NCBI GenBank assembly: GCA_043228905.1
Contig: JBHGNT010000063.1
Location: 1-64,000 of the forward strand
Origin: Azolla caroliniana
Taxonomy: Eukaryota > Plantae > Polypodiophyta
Reading direction: 5' to 3'
DNA: 64,000 bases
Numbering within the stretch: position 1 is the first letter of the stretch; each line of letters opens with the position of its first letter. The notes below the pieces were generated by a model. That model worked only from the letters and a program-made list of their open reading frames with translations. It had not been told where the DNA came from and searched no databases. This document shows, piece by piece, positions 54,201 to 64,000 of this stretch. The translations under genes were made by a program, and so were the position numbers.

Positions 54201-57200
54201 ATGGAATTAAAAAATCAAGATTTTGAAACTCAAGTCGAGAGACATGACGAAATTACCAAATTTGAGGAGTGAGTTGAGAAGAGCCCTTGAGTAAATTAAA
54301 ATGTTCATACCTGGCTCGTGTGATATCGGAATTTTGTGTTCAAACATGCAAATCGAAGCTAACAACGCGAGCTATGATATGGAATTAGAAAATCAAGATT
54401 TTGAAACTCAGGTCGAGAGACATGACGAAATTACCAAATTTGAGGAGTGAGTTGAGAACAGCCGTTGAGTAAATTAAAATGTTCATACCTGGCTCGTGTA
54501 ATATCGGATTTTTGTGTTCAAACATGCGAATCGAAGCTAACGACGTGAGCTATGATATGGAATTAAAAAATCAAGAATTTGAAACTCAGGTCGAGAGACA
54601 TGACGAAATTACCAAATTTGAGGAGTGAGTTGAGAACAGCCCTTGAGTAAATTAAAATGTTCATACCTGGCTCGTGTGATATCGGACATTTGTGTTCAAA
54701 CATGCAAATCGAAGCTAACAACGCTAGCTATGATATGGAATTAAAAATTCAAGAATTTGAAACTCAGGTCGAGAGACATGACGAAAATAGCAAACTTGAG
54801 GAGGGAGTTGAGAGGAGCCCTTGAGTAAATTAAAATGTTCATACCTGGCTCGTGTGATATCGGATTTTTGTGTTCAAACATGCAAATCGAAGCTAACAAC
54901 GCGAGCTATGATATGGAATTAAAAAATCAAGATTTTGAAACTCAGGTCGAGAGACATGACGAAATTACCAAATTTGAGGAGTGAGTTGAGAAGAGCTAGT
55001 AGGTAAATTTAAATGTTCATACTTGGCTCGTGTGATATCGGATTTTTGTGTTCACACATGCGAATCGAAGCTAACAACGCTAGCTATGATTTGGAATTAA
55101 AAAATCAAGAATTGGAAACTCAGGTCGAGAGACATGACGAAATTACCAAATTTGAGGAGTGAGTTGAGAACAGCCCTTGAGTAAATTAAAATGTTAATAC
55201 CTGGCTCGTGTGATATCGGATTTTTGTGTTCAAACATGCAAATCGAAGCTAACAACGCTAGCTATGATATGGAATTAAAAAATCAAGATTTTGAAACTCA
55301 GGTCGAGAGACATGACGAAATTACCAAATTTGAGGAGTGAGTTGAGAAGAGCTAGTAGGTAAATTTAAATGTTCATACTTGGCTCGTGTGATATCGGATT
55401 TTTGTGTTCACACATGCGAATCGAAGCTAACAACGCTAGCTATGATTTGGAATTAAAAAATCAAGAATTGGAAACTCAGGTCGAGAGACATGACGAAATT
55501 ACCAAATTTGAGGAGTGAGTTGAGAAGAGCCCTTGAGTAAATTAAAATGTTCATACCTGGCTCGTGTGATATCGGAATTTTGTGTTCAAACATGCAAATC
55601 GAAGCTAACAACGCTAGGTATGATATGGAATTAAAAAATCAAGATTTTGAAACTCAAGTCGAGAGACATGACGAAATTACCAAATTTGAGGAGTGAGTTG
55701 AGAAGAGCCCTTGAGTAAATTAAAATGTTCATACCTGGCTCGTGTGATATCGGAATTTTGTGTTCAAACATGCAAATCGAAGCTAACAACGCTACCTATG
55801 ATATGGAATTAAAAAATCAAGAATTTGAAACTCAGGTCGAGACACATGACGAAAATAGCAAACTTGAGGAGTGAGTTGAGAAGAGCCCTTGAGTAAATTA
55901 AAATGTTCATACCTGGCTCGTGTGATATCGGATTTTTGTGTTTAAACATGCAAACCGAAGCTAACAACGCTAGCTATGATATGGAATTAAAAAATCAAGA
56001 TTTTGAAACTCAGGTCGAGAGACATGACGAAATTACCAAATTTGAGGAGTGAGTTGAGAAGAGCTAGTAGGTAAATTTAAATGTTCATACTTGGCTCGTG
56101 TGATATCGGATTTTTGTGTTCAAACATGCGAATCGAAGCTAACGACGCGAGCTATGATATGGAATTAAAAAATCAAGAATTTGAAACTCAGGTCGAGAGA
56201 CATGACGAAATTACCAAATTTGAGGAGTGAGTTGAGAACAGCCCTTGAGTAAATTAAAATGTTCATACCTGGCTCGTGTGATATCGGACATTTGTGTTCA
56301 AACATGCAAATCGAAGCTAACAACGCTAGCTATGATATGGAATTAAAAAATCAAGATTTTGAAACTCAAGTCCAGAGAGATGAAGAAAATAGCAAACTTG
56401 AGGAGGGAGTTGAGAGGAGCCCTTGAGTTAATTAAAATGTTCATACCTGGCTCGTGTGATATCGGATTTTAGTGTTCAAAGATGCAAATCGAAGCTAACA
56501 ACACTAGCTATGATATGGAATTAAAAAATCAAGATTTGGAAACTCAGGTCGAGAGACATGACGAAATTACCACATTTGAGAAGTGAGTTGAGAAGAGCCC
56601 TTGAGTAATTTAAAATGTTCATACCTGGCTCGTGTAATATCGGATTTTTGTGTTCAAACATGCAAATCGAAGCTAACAACGCGAGCTATGATATGGAATT
56701 AAAAAATCAAGAATTTGAAACTCAGGTCGAGAGACATGACGAAAATAGCAAACTTGAGGAGGGAGTTGAGAGGAGCCCTTGAGTAAATTAAAATGTTCAT
56801 ACCTGGCTCGTGTGATATCGGATTTTTGTGTTCAAACATGCAAATCGAAGCTAACAACGCTAGCTATGATATGGAATTAAAAAATCAAGATTTTGAAACT
56901 CAGGTCGAGAGACATCACGAAATTACCAAATTTGAGGAGTGAGTTGAGAACAGCCCTTGAGTAAATTAAAATGTTCATACTTGGCTCGTGTGATATCGGA
57001 TTTTTGTGTTCAAACATGCGAATCGAAGCTAACGACGCGAGCTATGATATGGAATTAAAAAATCAAGAATTTGAAACTCAGGTCGAGAGACATGACGAAA
57101 TTACCAAATTTGAGGAGTGAGTTGAGAACAGCCCTTGAGTAAATTAAAATGTTCATACCTGGCTCGTGTGATATCGGACATTTGTGTTCAAACATGCAAA

Positions 57201-57950
57201 TCGAAGCTAACAACGCTAGCTATGATATGGAATTAAAAAATCAAGATTTTGAAACTCAAGTCCAGAGAGATGAAGAAAATAGCAAACTTGAGGAGGGAGT
57301 TGAGAGGAGCCCTTGAGTTAATTAAAATGTTCATACCTGGCTCGTGTGATATCGGATTTTAGTGTTCAAAGATGCAAATCGAAGCTAACAACACTAGCTA
57401 TGATATGGAATTAAAAAATCAAGATTTGGAAACTCAGGTCGAGAGACATGACGAAATTACCACATTTGAGAAGTGAGTTGAGAAGAGCCCTTGAGTAATT
57501 TAAAATGTTCATACCTGGCTCGTGTAATATCGGATTTTTGTGTTCAAACATGCAAATCGAAGCTAACAACGCGAGCTATGATATGGAATTAAAAAATCAA
57601 GAATTTGAAACTCAGGTCGAGAGACATGACGAAAATAGCAAACTTGAGGAGGGAGTTGAGAGGAGCCCTTGAGTAAATTAAAATGTTCATACCTGGCTCG
57701 TGTGATATCGGATTTTTGTGTTCAAACATGCAAATCGAAGCTAACAACGCTAGCTATGATATGGAATTAAAAAATCAAGATTTTGAAACTCAGGTCGAGA
57801 GACATCACGAAATTACCAAATTTGAGGAGTGAGTTGAGAACAGCCCTTGAGTAAATTAAAATGTTCATACTTGGCTCGTGTGATATCGGATTTTTGTGTT
57901 CAAACATGCAAATCGAAGCTAACAACGCTAGCTATGATATGGAATTAAAA
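48800..57950 (+). repeat. 26-mer tandem duplication (4628 bp) containing nested 5-mer (890 bp) repeats
   Basis: GAAACTTAGG 49241/53869, ATGTTAATAC 50568/55196, TTTTAGTG 48995/53623, 51843/56471 and 52733/57361 are all 4628 apart. The 890-bp spacing appears at 51843/52733/53623 and 56471/57361. Confidence 0.87.
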
Positions 57951-58019
57951 AATCAAGATTTCGAAACTCAAGTCCAGAGACATGACGAAAATAGCAAACT
58001 TGAGGAGGGAGTTGAGAGG

Positions 58020-60160
58020 AGCCCTTGAGTAAATTAAAATGTTCATACCTGGCTCGTATGATATCGGATTTTTGTGTTCAAACATGCAAATCGAAGCTAA
58101 CAACGCTAGCTATGATATGGAATTAAAAAATCAAGATTTTGAAACTCAGGTCGAGAGACATCACGAAATTACCAAATTTGAGGAGTGAGTTGAGAAGAGC
58201 TAGTAGGTAAATTTAAATGTTCATACTTGGCTCGTGGGATATCGGATTTTTGTGTTCAAACATGCGAATCGAAGCTAACAACGCTAGGTATGATATGGAA
58301 TTAAAAAATCAAGATTTTGAAACTCAAGTCGAGAGACATGACGAAATTACCAAATTTGAGGAGTGAGTTGAGAAGAGCCCTTGAGTAAATTAAAATGTTC
58401 ATACCTGGCTCGTGTGATATCGGAATTTTGTGTTCAAACATGCAAATCGAAGCTAACAACGCTAGCTATGATATGGAATTAAAAAATCAAGATTTTGAAA
58501 CTCAGGTCGAGAGACATCACGAAATTACCAAATTTGAGGAGTGAGTTGAGAAGAGCTAGTAGGTAAATTTAAATGTTCATACTTGGCTCGTGTGATATCG
58601 GATTTTTGTGTTCACACATGCGAATCGAAGCTAACAACGCTAGCTATGATTTGGAATTAAAAAATCAAGAATTGGAAACTCAGGTCGAGAGACATGACGA
58701 AATTACCAAATTTGAGGAGTGAGTTGAGAAGAGCCCTTGAGTAAATTAAAATGTTCATACCTGGCTCGTGTGATATCGGAATTTTGTGTTCAAACATGCA
58801 AATCGAACCTAACAACGCGAGCTATGATATGGAATTAAAAAATCAAGATTTTGAAACTCAGGTCGAGAGACATCACGAAATTACCAAATTTGAGGAGTGA
58901 GTTGAGAACAGCCGTTGAGTAAATTAAAATGTTCATACCTGGCTCGTGTAATATCGGATTTTTGTGTTCAAACATGCGAATCGAAGCTAACGACGTGAGC
59001 TATGATATGGAATTAAAAAATCAAGAATTTGAAACTCAGGTCGAGAGACATGACGAAATTACCAAATTTGAGGAGTGAGTTGAGAACAGCCCTTGAGTAA
59101 ATTAAAATGTTCATACCTGGCTCGTGTGATATCGGACATTTGTGTTCAAACATGCAAATCGAAGCTAACAACGCTAGCTATGATATGGAATTAAAAATTC
59201 AAGAATTTGAAACTCAGGTCGAGAGACATGACGAAAATAGCAAACTTGAGGAGGGAGTTGAGAGGAGCCCTTGAGTAAATTAAAATGTTCATACCTGGCT
59301 CGTATGATATCGGATTTTTGTGTTCAAACATGCAAATCGAAGCTAACAACGCTAGCTATGATATGGAATTAAAAAATCAAGATTTTGAAACTCAGGTCGA
59401 GAGACATCACGAAATTACCAAATTTGAGGAGTGAGTTGAGAAGAGCTAGTAGGTAAATTTAAATGTTCATACTTGGCTCGTGGGATATCGGATTTTTGTG
59501 TTCAAACATGCGAATCGAAGCTAACAACGCTAGGTATGATATGGAATTAAAAAATCAAGATTTTGAAACTCAAGTCGAGAGACATGACGAAATTACCAAA
59601 TTTGAGGAGTGAGTTGAGAAGAGCCCTTGAGTAAATTAAAATGTTCATACCTGGCTCGTGTGATATCGGAATTTTGTGTTCAAACATGCAAATCGAAGCT
59701 AACAACGCGAGCTATGATATGGAATTAAAAAATCAAGATTTTGAAACTCAGGTCGAGAGACATCACGAAATTACCAAATTTGAGGAGTGAGTTGAGAACA
59801 GCCGTTGAGTAAATTAAAATGTTCATACCTGGCTCGTGTAATATCGGATTTTTGTGTTCAAACATGCGAATCGAAGCTAACGACGTGAGCTATGATATGG
59901 AATTAAAAAATCAAGAATTTGAAACTCAGGTCGAGAGACATGACGAAATTACCAAATTTGAGGAGTGAGTTGAGAACAGCCCTTGAGTAAATTAAAATGT
60001 TCATACCTGGCTCGTGTGATATCGGACATTTGTGTTCAAACATGCAAATCGAAGCTAACAACGCTAGCTATGATATGGAATTAAAAATTCAAGAATTTGA
60101 AACTCAGGTCGAGAGACATGACGAAAATAGCAAACTTGAGGAGGGAGTTGAGAGGAGCCC
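58020..60160 (+). repeat. 7-mer followed by a 5-mer copy lacking two monomers
   Basis: CTCGTATG variant at 58058/59304 (1246 = 7x178). CATCAC...GCCGTT at 58874/59764 (890 = 5x178). Confidence 0.8.
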
Positions 60161-63100
60161 TTGAGTAAATTAAAATGTTCATACCTGGCTCGTGTGATAT
60201 CGGATTTTTGTGTTCAAACATGCAAATCGAAGCTAACAACGCGAGCTATGATATGGAATTAAAAAATCAAGATTTTGAAACTCAGGTCGAGAGACATGAC
60301 GAAATTACCAAATTTGAGGAGTGAGTTGAGAAGAGCCCTTGAGTAAATTAAAATGTTCATACCTCGCTCGTGTGATATCGGAATTTTGTGTTCAAACATG
60401 CAAATCGAAGCTAACAACGCGAGCTATGATATGGAATTAAAAAATCAAGATTTTGAAACTCAGGTCGAGAGACATGACGAAATTACCAAATTTGAGGAGT
60501 GAGTTGAGAACAGCCGTTGAGTAAATTAAAATGTTCATACCTGGCTCGTGTAATATCGGATTTTTGTGTTCAAACATGCGAATCGAAGCTAACGACGTGA
60601 GCTATGATATGGAATTAAAAAATCAAGATTTTGAAACTCAGGTCGAGAGACATGACGAAATTACCAAATTTGAGGAGTGAGTTGAGAAGAGCTAGTAGGT
60701 AAATTTAAATGTTCATACTTGGCTCGTGTGATATCGGATTTTTGTGTTCACACATGCGAATCGAAGCTAACAACGCTAGCTATGATTTGGAATTAAAAAA
60801 TCAAGAATTGGAAACTCAGGTCGAGAGACATGACGAAATTACCAAATTTGAGGAGTGAGTTGAGAACAGCCCTTGAGTAAATTAAAATGTTAATACCTGG
60901 CTCGTGTGATATCGGATTTTTGTGTTCAAACATGCAAATCGAAGCTAACAACGCTAGCTATGATATGGAATTAAAAAATCAAGATTTTGAAACTCAGGTC
61001 GAGAGACATGACGAAATTACCAAATTTGAGGAGTGAGTTGAGAAGAGCTAGTAGGTAAATTTAAATGTTCATACTTGGCTCGTGTGATATCGGATTTTTG
61101 TGTTCACACATGCGAATCGAAGCTAACAACGCTAGCTATGATTTGGAATTAAAAAATCAAGAATTGGAAACTCAGGTCGAGAGACATGACGAAATTACCA
61201 AATTTGAGGAGTGAGTTGAGAAGAGCCCTTGAGTAAATTAAAATGTTCATACCTGGCTCGTGTGATATCGGAATTTTGTGTTCAAACATGCAAATCGAAG
61301 CTAACAACGCTACCTATGATATGGAATTAAAAAATCAAGATTTTGAAACTCAAGTCCAGAGACATGACGAAAATAGCAAACTTGAGGAGGGAGTTGAGAG
61401 GAGCCCTTGAGTAAATTAAAATGTTCATACCTGGCTCGTGTGATATCGGATTTTTGTGTTCAAACATGCAAATCGAAGCTAACAACGCGAGCTATGATAT
61501 GGAATTAAAAAATCAAGATTTTGAAACTCAGGTCGAGAGACATGACGAAATTACCAAATTTGAGGAGTGAGTTGAGAAGAGCCCTTGAGTAAATTAAAAT
61601 GTTCATACCTGGCTCGTGTGATATCGGAATTTTGTGTTCAAACATGCAAATCGAAGCTAACAACGCTAGGTATGATATGGAATTAAAAAATCAAGATTTT
61701 GAAACTCAAGTCGAGAGACATGACGAAATTACCAAATTTGAGGAGTGAGTTGAGAAGAGCCCTTGAGTAAATTAAAATGTTCATACCTGGCTCGTGTGAT
61801 ATCGGAATTTTGTGTTCAAACATGCAAATCGAAGCTAACAACGCTAGCTATGATATGGAATTAAAAAATCAAGATTCTGAAACTCAGGTCGAGAGACATG
61901 ACGAAATTACCAAATTTGAGGAGTGAGTTGAGAAGAGCTAGTAGGTAAATTTAAATGTTCATACTTGGCTCGTGGGATATCGGATTTTTGTGTTCAAACA
62001 TGCGAATCGAAGCTAACAGCGCTACCTATGATATGGAATTAAAAAATCAAGATTTTGAAACTCAAGTCGAGAGACATGACGAAATTACCAAATTTGAGGA
62101 GTGAGTTGAGAACAGCCCTTGAGTAAATTAAAATGTTCATACCTGGCTCGTGTAATATCGGATTTTTGTGTTCAAACATGCAAATCGAAGCTAACAACGC
62201 GAGCTATGATATGGAATTAAAAAATCAAGATTTTGAAACTCAGGTCGAGAGACATGACGAAATTACCAAATTTGAGGAGTGAGTTGAGAACAGCCCTTGA
62301 GTAAATTAAAATGTTCATGCCTGGCTCGTGTAATATCGGATTTTTGTGTTCAAACATGCGAATCGAAGCTAACGACGCGAGCTATGATATGGAATTAAAA
62401 AATCAAGATTTTGAAACTCAGGTCAAGAGACATGACGAAAATAGCAAACTTGAGGAGGGAGTTGAGAGGAGCCCTTGAGTTAATTAAAATGTTCATACCT
62501 GGCTCGTGTGATATCGGATTTTTGTGTTTAAACATGCAAACCGAAGCTAACAACGCTAGCTATGATATGGAATTAAAAAATCAAGAGTTTGAAACTCAGG
62601 TCGAGAGACATGACGAAATTACCAAATTTGAGGAGTGAGTTGAGAAGAGCTAGTAGGTAAATTTAAATGTTCATACTTGGCTCGTGTGATATCGGATTTT
62701 TGTGTTCAAACATGCGAATCGAAGCTAACAACGATAGCTATGATATGGAATTAAAAAATCAAGATTTTCAAACTCAAGTCGAGAGACATGACGAAATTAC
62801 CAAATTTGAGGAGTGAGTTGAGAAGAGCCCTTGAGTAAATTAAAATGTTCATACCTGGCTCGTGTGATATCGGAATTTTGTGTTCAAACATGCAAATCGA
62901 AGCTAACAACGCTAGCTATGATATGGAATTAAAAAATCAAGATTTTGAAACTCAGGTCGAGAGACATGACGAAATTACCAAATTTGAGGAGTGAGTTGAG
63001 AACAGCCCTTGAGTAAATTAAAATGTTCATACCTGGCTCATGTAATATCGGATTTTTGTTTTCAAACATGCGAATCGAAGCTAACACTTCTAGCTATGAT

Positions 63101-64000
63101 ATGGAATTAAAAAATCAAGATTTTGAAACTCAGGTCGAGAGACTTGACGAAATTACCAAAGCTGAGGAGTGAGTTCAGAACAGCCCTTGAGTAAATTAAA
63201 ATGTTCATACCTGGCTCGTGTGATATCGGATTTTTGTGTTCAAACATGCAAATCGAAGCTAACAACGCTAGCTATGATATGGAATTAAAAAATCAAGATT
63301 TTGAAACTCAAGTCCAGAGACATGACGAAAATAGCAAACTTGAGGAGGGAGTTGAGAGGAGCCCTTGAGTAAATTAAAATGTTCATACCTGGCTCGTGTG
63401 ATATCGGATTTTTGTGTTCAAACATGCAAATCGAAGCTAACAACGCTAGCTATGATATGGAATTAAAAAATCAAGATTTTGAAACTCAGGTCGAGAGACA
63501 TGACGAAATTACCAAACTTGAGGAGTGAGTTGAGAAGAGCCCTTGAGTAAATTAAAATGTTCATACCTGGCTCGTGTGATATCGGAATTTTGTGTTCAAA
63601 CATGCAAATCGAAGCTAACAACGCTAGGTATGATATGGAATTAAAAAATCAAGATTTTGAAACTCAAGTCGAGAGACATGACGAAATTACCAAATTTGAG
63701 GAGTGAGTTGAGAAGAGCCCTTGAGTAAATTAAAATGTTCATACCTGGCTCGTGTGATATCGGAATTTTGTGTTCAAACATGCAAATCGAAGCTAACAAC
63801 GCTAGCTATGATATGGAATTAAAAAATCAAGATTTTGAAACTCAGGTCGAGAGACATGACGAAATTACCAAATTTGAGGAGTGAGTTGAGAAGAGCCCTT
63901 GAGTAAATTAAAATGTTCATACCTGGCTCGTGTGATATCGGATTTTTGTGTTCAAACATGCAAATCGAAGCTAACAACGCTAGCTATGATATGGAATTAA

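Larger units (their letters stand above)
1..64000 (+). repeat. 178-bp tandem satellite array, about 359.5 head-to-tail monomers, open at both window edges; probable centromeric/pericentromeric satellite
   Basis: AGGAGGGAGTTGAG at 1 recurs at 179. Approximate consensus: CCTTGAGTAAATTAAAATGTTCATACCTGGCTCGTGTGATATCGGATTTTTGTGTTCAAACATGCAAATCGAAGCTAACAACGCTAGCTATGATATGGAATTAAAAAATCAAGATTTTGAAACTCAGGTCGAGAGACATGACGAAATTACCAAATTTGAGGAGTGAGTTGAGAAGAGC. Phase arithmetic closes exactly across the window. The repeat is directly seen; the centromeric role is inferred. Confidence 0.99.

Noticed and set aside
14173-62638. 75-80-aa ORF family (MKLKSRDMTKIANL...)
   Set aside because: These arise from the GAGTAAAT>GAGTTAAT SNP removing a stop codon. 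They are copies propagated by array duplication and show no coding evidence.
1-64000. CRISPR array
   Set aside because: No unique spacers: the entire 178 bp is repeated. No cas genes or leader.
1-64000. Embedded retrotransposon, inversion or telomeric repeat
   Set aside because: The phase arithmetic leaves no room for a non-monomer-length insertion, and every line read matches the monomer on the + strand.

Overview
The whole 64-kb window is one uninterrupted head-to-tail array of a 178-bp AT-rich satellite (first monomer about 39% GC), about 359.5 monomers, all in the same orientation. I see no genes, transposon fragments, inversions or unique sequence. Every ORF in the track is a chance translation of satellite monomers; they are useful only as positional markers. 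The 178-bp phase is fully explained by six small indels (-1 near 3330, +1 near 9321, -1 near 11721, -25 at 13473/13474, +1 near 18908, -1 near 21130): the CCTTGAG motif at 21 recurs at 63897 = 21 + 359x178 - 26. Diagnostic variants show a nested, irregular higher-order structure: 17/22-mer, 54/57-mer, 47/67-mer, a triplicated 12-mer, and 11-, 21-, 26-, 7-, 5-, 3- and 2-mer duplications, some of which can be ordered in time. Monomer length, homogeneity and higher-order structure fit a eukaryotic centromeric or heterochromatic satellite. C>T/G>A variants at both CG and CHG sites hint at a plant. I do not recognise the family; it does not match Arabidopsis CEN178 as I recall it. I found no evidence of a new gene-based system; the interest lies in the array's evolutionary architecture.
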